From an uncultured virus (IMG/VR IMGVR_UViG_3300027782_000069) (Duplodnaviria > Heunggongvirae > Uroviricota > Caudoviricetes), in the IMG/VR virus record IMGVR_UViG_3300027782_000069: 64,000 bases of DNA. One strand, 5' to 3'. The stretch's first letter is position 1. Each line of letters opens with the position of its first letter. A model generated the notes under the pieces. The model worked only from the letters and a program-made list of their open reading frames with translations. It ran no database searches and was not told where the DNA came from. Positions 54,645 through 64,000 of this stretch are shown here, one piece after another. A program made the position numbers and the translations under genes.

Positions 54645-56039
54645 ATGCAAATGTTCAATGCGGAACAATTGCAGGAGAAGTGGGCACCAATCCTTGATTA
54701 TCAAGGAATGGATCCGATCCAAGATTCACATCGCAGATCAGTAACCGCTATCCTGCTCGAAAACCAAGAAAGAGAGCTCCGTGAAGAGCACACTTTCCTT
54801 TCAGAAGCTCCAACCAACTTCACTAGCACCAGCACTGCATCTGGCACTGGTCTTAGTGGTAGCAGCACTGGCGCTATGCAAGGTTTCGACCCTGTTTTGA
54901 TCTCCTTGATCAGACGCGCAATGCCTAACTTGGTCGCTTATGACCTCGCAGGCGTTCAACCAATGAACGGTCCTACTGGACTCATCTTCGCAATGCGTTC
55001 AAGATACAACAACCAAACCGGCACTGAATCTCTGTTCAACGAAGCAGATTCAGCATTCTCTGGTCAGGACAGCGGATTCAATCTTACTAACGGATTCACC
55101 AGTGGTTCTGTTGGTCTTGGTACTACTACTCAACGTAATTCAAACCCAGGTCTTCTAAATCCTGAGTCGGGTCAAACTGCAACTACCTACAACGTAGGTC
55201 AGGGCATGAGAACTGATGATGCAGAAAACCTTGGTCAAGGTGCTGGTGACTACTTCAACGAAATGGCATTCTCAATTGAGAAAGTCACCGTTACTGCGAA
55301 GTCACGTGCTCTGAAAGCTGAGTATTCACTCGAACTCGCTCAAGACCTCAAGGCAATCCACGGTCTGAATGCAGAAGCTGAGTTGGCAAACATTCTCTCA
55401 ACAGAGATTCTTGCCGAAATCAACCGTGAAGTTATCCGTACCATCTATGGCGTTGCTGAGTCTGGTGCTCAAGCAAACGTTGCTACCGCTGGTACTTTTG
55501 ACCTTGACGTTGACTCCAACGGTCGTTGGTCAGTTGAGAAGTTCAAAGGACTTATCTTCCAAATCGAGCGTGATGCTAACGCAATCGCACAAAGAACTCG
55601 TAGAGGAAAGGGTAACATGATCCTCTGCTCGGCAGACGTTGCTTCGGCACTCACCATGGCAGGTGTTCTTGATTACACCCCAGCTCTTAACGCTAACCTC
55701 AACGTTGATGACACTGGCAATACTTTTGCTGGTATCCTCCAAGGTAAGTATCGTGTTTATATCGATCCTTATTCGGCAAACGTTGCTTCTAACCAATACT
55801 ACGTTGTTGGTTATAAGGGTTCTTCCCCTTATGATGCTGGTTTATTCTACTGCCCATATGTTCCTCTCCAAATGGTTCGTGCCGTTGGTCAGGACACCTT
55901 CCAGCCCAAGATTGGCTTCAAGACCAGATATGGTATTGTTGCTAACCCATTCGCTGAAGGAACTACTGCTGGTGCAGGTCGCATCCAGATGAACTCTAAT
56001 CGTTACTACAGAAGAGTTCGTGTTGACAACCTAATGTGA
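54645..56039 (+). CDS. gp23: major capsid protein gp23
   Basis: LIRRAMPNLVAYDLAGVQPM.GPTG, ELAQDLKAIHGL, FQPKIGFKTRYG. Confidence 0.98.
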   Translation: MQMFNAEQLQEKWAPILDYQGMDPIQDSHRRSVTAILLENQERELREEHTFLSEAPTNFTSTSTASGTGLSGSSTGAMQGFDPVLISLIRRAMPNLVAYDLAGVQPMNGPTGLIFAMRSRYNNQTGTESLFNEADSAFSGQDSGFNLTNGFTSGSVGLGTTTQRNSNPGLLNPESGQTATTYNVGQGMRTDDAENLGQGAGDYFNEMAFSIEKVTVTAKSRALKAEYSLELAQDLKAIHGLNAEAELANILSTEILAEINREVIRTIYGVAESGAQANVATAGTFDLDVDSNGRWSVEKFKGLIFQIERDANAIAQRTRRGKGNMILCSADVASALTMAGVLDYTPALNANLNVDDTGNTFAGILQGKYRVYIDPYSANVASNQYYVVGYKGSSPYDAGLFYCPYVPLQMVRAVGQDTFQPKIGFKTRYGIVANPFAEGTTAGAGRIQMNSNRYYRRVRVDNLM

Positions 56040-56060
56040 TCTCGGTTCACATATCTTCTC

Positions 56061-56088
56061 AGACCTCCCGCAAGGGGGGTCTTTTTTT
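56061..56088 (+). terminator. intrinsic terminator after gp23
   Basis: AGACCTCCC-GCAA-GGGGGGTCT followed by a T-run. Confidence 0.85.
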
Positions 56089-56115
56089 ATCTAAATACTA
56101 AAAAACCTCAGATAA

Positions 56116-56703
56116 ATGAAATCTTATAGGGAATTTTGTAGAGATGCAAATATTATAGAGAATTTGAATTTAGTTGCAAAATCTAATAAACCAAAATCTT
56201 CTAGTGAAGTTCTTGCATATAAAAACTATCAACCAGGATCTCTTGATAAATCTACTGGGAAGTTTACGCAAAGAGCACATAGTGATGCAGAGCAAAGTAG
56301 ATATGGTTGGAAACCAGTTAATGTAAGTTCCTACAGTAAGGCAGATACTCCAGGACCATTAACTGCAAGTGGAGATAAGTTTCACGATAAAGCAAAACTG
56401 GTTGCGGTTCCTTATGCTTCCAAAACCAGTTCCAAACCATCTATACCATTTGGGACAAATTTGCAAATGACTAGGGCACCAGGAACAAAGGCTCCTGTGG
56501 CAACTACTAAGGTTTCAGATACTGGAAACTTTGGTGCCGCTGGTGATTATAATAAATCAACAAGTTTTGATCTTGCAAGACAAACTGCAGCAGATGTTTC
56601 GGGTAAACCAAACATTACTTCACAAGAGTTTGGTAAACAGAAAGTTTACGTTAGAAATTCACCTGCACCTACAGTATCTACAAAAACTAAACCAACAAAA
56701 TAA
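56116..56703 (+). CDS. RlpA/DPBB-like protein with a capsid-targeting-like N-terminus
   Basis: SSYS...TASGDKF...IPFGT...VSDTGNF...FDLARQTA parallels RlpA; starts MKSYREF. Confidence 0.55.
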   Translation: MKSYREFCRDANIIENLNLVAKSNKPKSSSEVLAYKNYQPGSLDKSTGKFTQRAHSDAEQSRYGWKPVNVSSYSKADTPGPLTASGDKFHDKAKLVAVPYASKTSSKPSIPFGTNLQMTRAPGTKAPVATTKVSDTGNFGAAGDYNKSTSFDLARQTAADVSGKPNITSQEFGKQKVYVRNSPAPTVSTKTKPTK

Positions 56704-56715
56704 GAGGATTAAGTG

Positions 56716-57258
56716 ATGGCATCTTCATTAGCAAATCAAATACAAAATAGAAACTTCTTATCTCCGGTTGGATTTAAGTTTAGTTTAGCAAAAGAACCAA
56801 AGGTAGTATTTTTTTGCAATTCTACAAGAATACCAGAGATTACTTTGCAAACCAATATTCAACCATCGTATCTTAAAGATCTAGATGTTCCTGGTGAAAA
56901 ACTTTCTTATGGAGATTTGAATTTAAGATTTCTTGTTGATGAAAATTTAGAAAACTATATGGCAATTCATAATTGGTTAACTGGTCTTGGATATCCAGAA
57001 ACAACAGGACAATATGCAGATTTAATTATTGAGAATGGAATTAGGGATCCAAAAGATGCTTTTAGTGATGGGACATTGCACATTTTAAATAGTAACTATA
57101 AAGATAATGCTGTTGTAAAGTTTAAAGACTTATTTCCCGTTTCCTTATCTTCACTTGATTTTGATTCTACACTTACAGATATTCAGTACTTTACAGCAGA
57201 GGTATCTTTCAAGTATACTGTCTATAATATCCTAGGAACCAATAACCAACCTCTATGA
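56716..57258 (+). CDS. gp3: tail tube terminator/completion gp3
   Basis: NFLSPVGFKF, PGEKLSYGDL.LRFLVDENLENY, FKDLFPVSLS. Confidence 0.85.
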   Translation: MASSLANQIQNRNFLSPVGFKFSLAKEPKVVFFCNSTRIPEITLQTNIQPSYLKDLDVPGEKLSYGDLNLRFLVDENLENYMAIHNWLTGLGYPETTGQYADLIIENGIRDPKDAFSDGTLHILNSNYKDNAVVKFKDLFPVSLSSLDFDSTLTDIQYFTAEVSFKYTVYNILGTNNQPL

Positions 57259-57686
57259 ATCTTGATGAAATTCAGGAGATGTGGCAGAGAGATTCTGTCA
57301 TCGATCCAGACAACCTACACGATGAATCACTAAAAATTCCTCAACTACATTCCAAATACTATACCATCTACAATACAATTACTCTTCTTCGTGAGAAGGC
57401 ACGAGAAACCTATAATAGAGTGCGTCTAGAACGCTACAACTACTACACAGGAAAGGCACCAGCAGAGGTCTACGTAGAGGACCCATTTCCGTATAAGGTG
57501 AGGGAGAAGGACGCAATAGAGAGGTATATGAGTGCCGATGAAAGACTTTCTAAAATTGATTTGAAGATAAAATATTATGATATTATGCTTAAGTTCTTAG
57601 AAGAAATTATTAAGACAGTTTCTAATAGAACTTATCAAATAAAAAATGCTATTGAGTTTATGAGATTTACTGCTGGATATAATTAA
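57255..57686 (+). CDS. uvsY: recombination mediator UvsY
   Basis: ESLKIPQLHSKY, YYTGKA, RTYQIKNAIEF. Confidence 0.9.
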   Translation: MNLDEIQEMWQRDSVIDPDNLHDESLKIPQLHSKYYTIYNTITLLREKARETYNRVRLERYNYYTGKAPAEVYVEDPFPYKVREKDAIERYMSADERLSKIDLKIKYYDIMLKFLEEIIKTVSNRTYQIKNAIEFMRFTAGYN

Positions 57687-57691
57687 TTGGG

Positions 57692-57713
57692 GAGGCAGAA
57701 ATGCCTCTTTTTT
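57692..57713 (+). terminator. intrinsic terminator
   Basis: GAGGCA-GAAA-TGCCTC followed by a T-run. Confidence 0.8.
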
Positions 57714-57748
57714 ATTGCCAATAAATACCTATAACTGATATTATATGA

Positions 57749-59212
57749 ATGTCACATTTGATTATATCAAAAAAGAATGAGGTGTATTTAACTATTCAAG
57801 CAGAACCTCATATCTATTATGAATTAAGAGACGCATTTCAATTTGAAGTTCCAAATGCTAAATTTTCCCCATCTTATAAAAATAAATGGTGGGATGGTCG
57901 CATATATTTGTTTAATGTAGATACAAGAGAAATTTATATTGGACTCTTAGACAGAATTATCAGATTCTGTGAAGATCACGAATACACATACGAGTTTGCA
58001 GACAATAAGTTCTATGGACTTCCTTTTGAGATAAATGAGAACATCTCAAAGGAAGGTGTGAAAGATTATATGACTGCAATCAGTAGACACGCCCCACGCG
58101 ACTACCAAGTCGAGGGAGTATACGACGCCTTGCGACATAATCGAAAATTATTGATATCTCCAACTGCTTCTGGAAAGTCGTTGATGATATATTCTGTTGT
58201 GAGATATTACGTTGAGAGACAACAAAATATTCTGATAGTTGTCCCAACGACTTCCCTTGTAGAACAAATGTATAAAGATTTTGCAGATTATGGATGGGAT
58301 GTTGGTTCATACTGCCACAAGATATACGCTGGTAAGGAACGAGAAACTGATTCCCAAGTTATTATTACTACCTGGCAAAGTATTTACAAATTGCCCAAGC
58401 AGTATTTTTCCAGATTTAATGTAGTCGTAGGAGATGAGGCACACCAATTTAAATCCAAGTCATTAATATCTATAATGACGAAACTTTGTGATGCAAAATA
58501 TCGCTTTGGATTCACTGGAACACTAGATGGATCCCAAACTCATAAGTGGGTCCTAGAAGGATTATTTGGTCCTTCATATAAAATCATCAATACTGATGAA
58601 CTGATGAAAAAGGGACATCTTGCCAAATTAGACATCAAAATACTTCTATTGAAACATCCTCCAAATAAGTTTGATATTTTTGAAGATGAGATTCAATATA
58701 TCATCAATCATCAAAAGAGAAATAATTTTATCAAAAATCTTGCTCTAGATTTAAAGGGAAATACTCTTGTTTTATTTTCAAGAGTCGAAGGTCATGGACA
58801 ACCTTTATATGAACTCATAAATAATGATAAGATTGATGATAGACATGTTTTCTTTGTCCATGGTGGTGTAGAAACTGAAGAACGGGAAAAAGTTAGAGAA
58901 ATAACCGAAAAGGAGAATAATGCAATCATCGTTGCTTCTTATGGCACTTTTTCTACTGGTGTTAATATTCGAAATCTTCACAATGTTATCTTTGCTTCTC
59001 CCAGTAAATCGAGAATCAGAAATCTTCAATCAATCGGTAGAGTTCTTAGAAAAGGTGAAAACAAAGTAAAAGCAACTCTATATGACATTGCCGATGATAT
59101 TAGTTATAAATCAAGAAAGAATTATACATTAAATCATCTTATTGAGAGAATTAAAATTTATAATGAAGAGAACTTCAATTATGAGATTGTAAACGTCGCT
59201 CTTAAAAACTAA
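57749..59212 (+). CDS. uvsW: SF2 helicase UvsW
   Basis: SPTASGKS, DEAH, TGT, QSIGRVLR. Confidence 0.95.
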   Translation: MSHLIISKKNEVYLTIQAEPHIYYELRDAFQFEVPNAKFSPSYKNKWWDGRIYLFNVDTREIYIGLLDRIIRFCEDHEYTYEFADNKFYGLPFEINENISKEGVKDYMTAISRHAPRDYQVEGVYDALRHNRKLLISPTASGKSLMIYSVVRYYVERQQNILIVVPTTSLVEQMYKDFADYGWDVGSYCHKIYAGKERETDSQVIITTWQSIYKLPKQYFSRFNVVVGDEAHQFKSKSLISIMTKLCDAKYRFGFTGTLDGSQTHKWVLEGLFGPSYKIINTDELMKKGHLAKLDIKILLLKHPPNKFDIFEDEIQYIINHQKRNNFIKNLALDLKGNTLVLFSRVEGHGQPLYELINNDKIDDRHVFFVHGGVETEEREKVREITEKENNAIIVASYGTFSTGVNIRNLHNVIFASPSKSRIRNLQSIGRVLRKGENKVKATLYDIADDISYKSRKNYTLNHLIERIKIYNEENFNYEIVNVALKN

Positions 59213-59607
59213 TGGGAGAAGAATTTTATAGTGTAATTAAATTGGTAACGGGTGAAGAAATATTTTCTTTAGTATGCGTTGATGAAAATGATGGAGATCC
59301 TATTATTATTCTTCACAATCCTGTTATCATGAAGATAGTCAGTAATCATATCGGTCAATATGTTAAGGTAAAACCTTGGTTGGAAATTCCGGATGATGAT
59401 ATGTTTGTAATTAAATACGATAAGATCGTAACTATGACAGAAGTTAAAGAAGGATCAATGATTAACTTCTATAAGAGATATCTGGACAATGAAGATGTTG
59501 ATATTGAATTAGATGGAAAAGTGAATATTTCCGATAAAATGGGATATATCTCTACTGTAGAAGATGCTCGTAAGAATCTAGAAAAGATCTTTAAAGATCT
59601 CAATTAA
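59212..59607 (+). CDS. conserved hypothetical protein (Sm-like pattern)
   Basis: IKLVTGEEI...NP...KPW. Confidence 0.7.
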   Translation: MGEEFYSVIKLVTGEEIFSLVCVDENDGDPIIILHNPVIMKIVSNHIGQYVKVKPWLEIPDDDMFVIKYDKIVTMTEVKEGSMINFYKRYLDNEDVDIELDGKVNISDKMGYISTVEDARKNLEKIFKDLN

Positions 59608-59641
59608 TATCTAAATTATTATCTTCAAACCTAACAAAGGT

Positions 59642-59670
59642 ATTATACACATATTTCACATACTTGTCAA
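59642..59670 (-). promoter_or_regulatory. consensus sigma70 promoter on the minus strand
   Basis: reverse complement reads TTGACA-17 nt-TATAAT. Confidence 0.7.
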
Positions 59671-59737
59671 GCTATTAAAGTTATGTAAAGTATGTTATAA
59701 TATACATAATATTTTTTTATCCATAGAGATCAATGTT

Positions 59738-60256
59738 ATGTCCAAAAAAAAATCAGAGCATTATGTAAACAATAAAGAGTTATTAGAGGCATTGATATTA
59801 TATCGAAGCAAAGTTGCAAAAGCACGGGAAAAGTTCGTTGAGAAATACGATACAGAACCACCAAAGTCAGGACCTTGGGAAGGAAAACCTAGAATTCCCA
59901 ACTACCTAGGCGAATGCTTCTTAAAGATTGCAACACATCTTTCATATAAACCCAATTTTGTTAACTATATGTTCAGGGACGATATGATCTCTGATGGTAT
60001 TGAAAACTGCGTCCAATATATTCATAATTTTAATCCAGAAAGATCTCAAAATCCTTTTGCTTACTTTACTCAGATTATTCACTATGCGTTTCTGAGAAGA
60101 ATACAAAAAGAAAAGAAACAACTGGAAATCAAGACTAAGATTATTGAAAGAACTGGTTTTGATGAGGTTATGATGATTGACGACAGCTTGCTTTCTGGCA
60201 GCAGTTCGGAGTATAATGCGATGAAGGACAACATCCAATATCGAAGCAATCGATGA
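59738..60256 (+). CDS. gp55: late-transcription sigma factor gp55
   Basis: HYVNNKE, LSYKPNFVNY, DMISDGIENC, NPFAYFTQI..AFLRRIQKEK. Confidence 0.95.
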   Translation: MSKKKSEHYVNNKELLEALILYRSKVAKAREKFVEKYDTEPPKSGPWEGKPRIPNYLGECFLKIATHLSYKPNFVNYMFRDDMISDGIENCVQYIHNFNPERSQNPFAYFTQIIHYAFLRRIQKEKKQLEIKTKIIERTGFDEVMMIDDSLLSGSSSEYNAMKDNIQYRSNR

Positions 60257-61290
60257 AAATCGCAATTTTAACAGACAGTCATTTCGGTGCCCGCAAAGGT
60301 TCCAAACATCTTCACGATCACTTTGAACTCTTCTATAAGAATGTTTTCTTTCCTGCCCTAGAAGAGCACGGAGTAGAGACAGTCATTCATATGGGTGATG
60401 CCTTTGATAGTCGTAAGTCAATTGATTATCAAAGTTTAGAGTGGGCAAAGCGTGTAGTATTTGAACCTCTTAAAAACTATGAAGTTCATATGATTATAGG
60501 TAATCACGATTGTTATTATAAGAATACCAATAGTGTAAACTCTCCTAGTCTTTTACTTCAGACGTATTCAAATATTCGTACCTATAGTTCTCCACAAACC
60601 ATTAAAGTTTGTGGTCTAGACATTATGATGGTTCCCTGGATTTGTAGTGAGAACTATGATGAAACCTTAAATCAAATCAAAAAGTCCAAAGCAAAGATTG
60701 CAATGGGGCATTTGGAACTTCAAGGTTTCCGTGTTAATCGCAATCTTGTGATGGAAGAACACGGAATGAATGCAAATATTTTTGATAAGTTTACTAAAGT
60801 ATTCTCTGGACATTATCATACTCGTTCTGATAATGGAAAAATCTTTTATCTTGGAAATACTTATGAGATGTATTGGAATGATGTGAATGATCCTCGTGGA
60901 TTTCATATCTTTGATACCGAAACTCTCACTCATACTCCAGTAAATAATCCTCATAAATTATTTTATAATATTTACTATGAGGATACTCCTTATCAAATGT
61001 TTGATGCAACTGAGTATGAAAACAAGATTGTTAAGGTTATTGTTCGTAAAAAATCAAATTCAAAATCTTTTGAAAAGTTTATTGATAAACTTTATACTGC
61101 AGGTGTCCAAGAACTCAAGATTATTGAAAACTTTGATATTCAGGAAAGTGCGGAGTTTGAAGTTGATGAAGAAGAAAATACTATTTCAATTCTAAATCGT
61201 TATATTGATGAAGCAGAATTTGAATATGATAAAAATATCATCAAAGGAATTTTTCAAGATCTTTATAGGCAAGCTTGCGAAGTTGAGTAA
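60253..61290 (+). CDS. gp47: recombination endonuclease subunit gp47 (Mre11/SbcD-like)
   Basis: DSHFG, GDAFD, GNHD, SGHYH. Confidence 0.95.
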   Translation: MKIAILTDSHFGARKGSKHLHDHFELFYKNVFFPALEEHGVETVIHMGDAFDSRKSIDYQSLEWAKRVVFEPLKNYEVHMIIGNHDCYYKNTNSVNSPSLLLQTYSNIRTYSSPQTIKVCGLDIMMVPWICSENYDETLNQIKKSKAKIAMGHLELQGFRVNRNLVMEEHGMNANIFDKFTKVFSGHYHTRSDNGKIFYLGNTYEMYWNDVNDPRGFHIFDTETLTHTPVNNPHKLFYNIYYEDTPYQMFDATEYENKIVKVIVRKKSNSKSFEKFIDKLYTAGVQELKIIENFDIQESAEFEVDEEENTISILNRYIDEAEFEYDKNIIKGIFQDLYRQACEVE

Positions 61291-61559
61291 TGTTTCTTCT
61301 CACTCTTAAAGATAAAAAGGACGATGGAGCATATGCCGTTCAGAATAGATACGGTGAAAAAGTTCTTTTTCTCTTTGAGGAAGAGGATGATGCCTTTAGA
61401 TATGCTCTAATGCTTGAAGATCAAGATGAGAAAGAAATGGAAGTTGTGGAAGTGGATGGCGCACTTGCCATAATGACTTGTAGACGCTATAATTACAAAT
61501 ATGCAGTGATTACTTCAAACGACATTGTTATTCCTCCTAATCTGAATGATAACCTTTAA
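61290..61559 (+). CDS. DUF3110-like protein
   Basis: LFEEEDDAFRYALMLEDQD resembles the cyanobacterial DUF3110 core. Confidence 0.55.
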   Translation: MFLLTLKDKKDDGAYAVQNRYGEKVLFLFEEEDDAFRYALMLEDQDEKEMEVVEVDGALAIMTCRRYNYKYAVITSNDIVIPPNLNDNL

Positions 61560-63261
61560 GACGATAAAATGGAAGAACTTTTTAAGTACTGGTAATAACT
61601 GGACTGAAATAGATTTCCAAAAACATAATACAAATCTAATTATCGGAACAAATGGTGCAGGCAAATCCACTGTATTGGATGCGCTTACTTTTGTGCTGTT
61701 CAATCGCCCGTTTCGTAAAATCAATAAACCACAACTTCCCAATAGTACCAACGAAAAGGATTGTTTGGTTGAGATTGAGTTCTCGGTAAACAATAAAGAA
61801 TATCTTGTTCGTCGTGGAATTAAACCGAATATTTTTGATATTGAGGTTAATGGTAATCAACTTCATAAGGAAGCAGATGATCGTGCGAATCAAAAAATTC
61901 TAGAAGAAAATATTCTCAAGGTCAATTATAAGTCTTTTACACAGATTGTGATTCTGGGTTCTAGTAATTTTGTACCTTTTATGCAATTGGCTACGGCAAA
62001 TCGTCGTGAAGTTATTGAAGATCTGTTGGATATTCGTATCTTCTCTGCAATGAACGCTCTTATCAAAGATAAGATTCGTATAGAGAAAGAACAGATCAAA
62101 TCTTTAGAGTCTCGTAAAGAAAATCTCAAAGATAAGGAGAAAATGCAGAAAAACTTTATCGAAGAGTTGGAAAATCGCGGTAAAGAAAATATCGAAAATC
62201 GTAAGGTAAAGGTATCTCAACTTATGGGTGAAGTTGATATCCATATGCGTGAGAATTCTATTACTGAAGAGGATATCTTTAAGTTTACGAAAGAACTTGA
62301 AGAAGTAAATGGTGCTGCTGATAAACTTAAAAAACTTGGAAATCTGAAAGGTAAAATTTCTCAGAAAGTATCTGCTATCACTACAGAACATAAATTTTTT
62401 ACAGAAAATACGGTATGCCCTACCTGCACTCAGGATATTGATGAAAGATTCCGCCTAGATAGAATTGCAGATGCTCAAAATAAAGCAAAGGAATTGCAAT
62501 CTGGTTATAAAGACCTTGAAGATACCATCAAGATGGAAGAAGAGAGGGAGCGTCAATTCACCTTACTTTCAAAGGAGATAACGAAACTCAATCATGAGAT
62601 TTCTCAAAACAATACTAGGATTTCACTCAATCAGCGACAGATCAGAGATCTTGAATCTGAAATTCAAACTATTACCGAACAACTTGAAAATCGAAATACT
62701 GAGCATGAAAAGTTAGAGGAGTTTAGAGAAAATCTGCAAAAAACATTTGAGAGTCTTTCAAAGAAGAAGGATGAGGTTGTTTATTATGATTTTGCATACT
62801 CTCTTCTTAAAGATGATGGGGTAAAGACGAAGATCATCAAAAAATATCTTCCCTTCATCAATCAGCAAGTTAACCGTTATCTTCAGATGATGGACTTCTA
62901 TATTAACTTTAATCTTGATGAGGAATTCAATGAATCTATTCAATCTCCTATTCACGAAAACTTCTCATATTCCTCATTCTCTGAGGGAGAGAAAATGCGA
63001 GTAGACTTATCTCTACTCTTTACTTGGAGAGAAGTTGCAAGATTGAAGAACTCTGTAAATACAAATCTATTGATTATGGATGAGGTATTTGATAGTTCTC
63101 TTGATGGATTTGGAACTGATGAGTTTCTTAAGATCATTCGTTATGTGATTAAAGATGCTAACATCTTTGTGATATCTCATAAGTCTGAACTTCACGATAA
63201 GTTTGATAATGTTATTAGATTTGATAAGAAAGGTGGATTTTCTTATAAAACTGAATCATAG
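61546..63261 (+). CDS. gp46: recombination endonuclease subunit gp46 (Rad50/SbcC-like)
   Basis: GTNGAGKST, CPTC zinc hook, FSEGEK, MDEVFDSSLD. Confidence 0.96.
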   Translation: MITFKTIKWKNFLSTGNNWTEIDFQKHNTNLIIGTNGAGKSTVLDALTFVLFNRPFRKINKPQLPNSTNEKDCLVEIEFSVNNKEYLVRRGIKPNIFDIEVNGNQLHKEADDRANQKILEENILKVNYKSFTQIVILGSSNFVPFMQLATANRREVIEDLLDIRIFSAMNALIKDKIRIEKEQIKSLESRKENLKDKEKMQKNFIEELENRGKENIENRKVKVSQLMGEVDIHMRENSITEEDIFKFTKELEEVNGAADKLKKLGNLKGKISQKVSAITTEHKFFTENTVCPTCTQDIDERFRLDRIADAQNKAKELQSGYKDLEDTIKMEEERERQFTLLSKEITKLNHEISQNNTRISLNQRQIRDLESEIQTITEQLENRNTEHEKLEEFRENLQKTFESLSKKKDEVVYYDFAYSLLKDDGVKTKIIKKYLPFINQQVNRYLQMMDFYINFNLDEEFNESIQSPIHENFSYSSFSEGEKMRVDLSLLFTWREVARLKNSVNTNLLIMDEVFDSSLDGFGTDEFLKIIRYVIKDANIFVISHKSELHDKFDNVIRFDKKGGFSYKTES

Positions 63262-63319
63262 GGACGATTTTTAAAGTGGCACACGAACCCGATAGGATTG
63301 ATATTTTTATAGATAGAAT
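63260..63319 (+). promoter_or_regulatory. isolated copy of the early promoter element
   Basis: GGACG-N10-TGGCACA (63277-63283), 30 nt, TAGAAT (63314-63319). Confidence 0.6.
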
Positions 63320-63345
63320 GCTGTCTAAACTAGACCGTTGGATCT

Positions 63346-63504
63346 ATGGCCCACCACAAAATCTGGGAAAGTGGACGCCACCCGTCGCGTCGTCCCGACA
63401 AGGGGAAGAAGAAACCTCAGGCAATTCGCCAAGCGAAAAAAAGAATGAAGAATCTTAAGAAGCGTCTCAATCAAAGAGATGCTTCTTTTTTTATAAATAC
63501 CTAA
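63346..63504 (+). CDS. 52-aa very basic protein (frame differs from the ORF track call)
   Basis: MAHHKIWESGRHPSRRPDKGKKKPQAIRQAKKRMKNLKKRLNQRDASFFINT; starts about 27 nt after the -10 box. Confidence 0.55.
   Translation: MAHHKIWESGRHPSRRPDKGKKKPQAIRQAKKRMKNLKKRLNQRDASFFINT
63457..63492 (+). terminator. intrinsic terminator
   Basis: AAGAAGCGTCTC...GAGATGCTTCTT followed by a T-run. Confidence 0.7.
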
Positions 63505-63519
63505 AAAAGTAGTTTTAAG

Positions 63520-64000
63520 ATGAATTCCCAAGAACTTCGTGCTATTCAAAAAGCTTATACTCAAGTTTATGCTCCCCAAGAACTTGATGAAGCAGAAGTC
63601 CTTGCACAAAAAGGTGGTGTTCCTGGTTCTGTAAAAGTAAAACCAACATTGTCTATACCTGGAACTGATATTGGTGTTGGACCAAACAAACCTGTTCCTG
63701 GAACATTTACGACTACTACTCCAGCGCAAAGAGAAAAAATTTCTAAAGGTGATACAACGATTGATCGTGGTCTTTATAAGCAATCTAGAGTTGGAGCAGG
63801 TCCTACTGCAGATGAAAGATCTAGGTACAATACTGCAAAAGTTCAACAAGGATCTGCAGATAGAATGAAGATTGAGGAAGTTGACCTCTATGATGTAATC
63901 CTTTCACATCTTCTTGATGAAGGATATGCTGATACCGAAGAGGCAGCAACTGCTATTATGGTCAATATGAGTGAAGAGTGGAGAGATAGTATTGTTGAAA
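63520..64000 (+). CDS. late protein, truncated by the window end
   Basis: TATAAATA at 63492; MNSQELRAIQKAYTQVY...DLYDVILSHLLDEGYADTEEAATAIMVNMSEEWRDSI. Confidence 0.7.
   Translation, partial: MNSQELRAIQKAYTQVYAPQELDEAEVLAQKGGVPGSVKVKPTLSIPGTDIGVGPNKPVPGTFTTTTPAQREKISKGDTTIDRGLYKQSRVGAGPTADERSRYNTAKVQQGSADRMKIEEVDLYDVILSHLLDEGYADTEEAATAIMVNMSEEWRDSIVE

Noticed and set aside
46044..63261. Inteins, introns or homing endonucleases in core genes
   Set aside because: gp17, gp20, gp23, uvsW, gp46 and gp47 have ordinary lengths and uninterrupted frames.
63276..63458. Track ORF MAHEPDRID...
   Set aside because: It starts inside the promoter element, upstream of the predicted TSS. The frame starting at 63346 fits better, though this is not proven.
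386..63849. Minus-strand and nested ORFs from the ORF track (e.g. 386-754, 5164-5757, 37635-38108, 53562-54032, 63325-63849)
   Set aside because: They are shadows of well-supported plus-strand genes and have no recognisable motifs.
1..64000. tRNA genes and photosynthesis genes (psbA, psbD, hli)
   Set aside because: None recognised in this window by eye; no tRNA scan was run.

Overview
This window is part of a T4-like cyanomyovirus genome (Kyanoviridae-type). Nearly all genes are on the + strand. Bases 1-10.7 kb form an early/accessory region of about 40 very small ORFs, many missed by the ORF track, and it becomes markedly GC-rich from about 7.3 to 10.66 kb. Bases 10.8-13.6 kb hold conserved accessory genes (AbrB/MazE-like, glycosyltransferase, ATP-grasp-like, speD). 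Bases 13.6-57.3 kb are the virion module (gp25, gp6, a 3977-aa gp7-like protein, gp8, VrlC-like, fibre, gp13-gp23, gp3), and 57.3-63.3 kb carries uvsY, uvsW, gp55, gp47 and gp46. The most unusual signal is in the early region. It is built as an array of one-gene cassettes, each preceded by a repeated regulatory element: a TGTGCCA-N10-TGGCACA palindrome or its half-site, a fixed 29-31 nt gap (often a GC hairpin), a TAnnnT -10 box and a conserved leader. These elements fall into three positionally ordered sub-families. The same region also contains an origin-like locus (four 19-bp iterons, an AT-rich tract and an inward-firing promoter), two clusters of an ATCTCG-N-CGAGAT palindrome, two perfect 25-28 bp inverted repeats and two candidate structured ncRNAs. 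Other candidates are an unannotated NblA-like ORF, an AbrB-like/ArdA-like fusion and a capsid-targeted RlpA-like protein. All family assignments come from motif recognition by eye; no searches were run.
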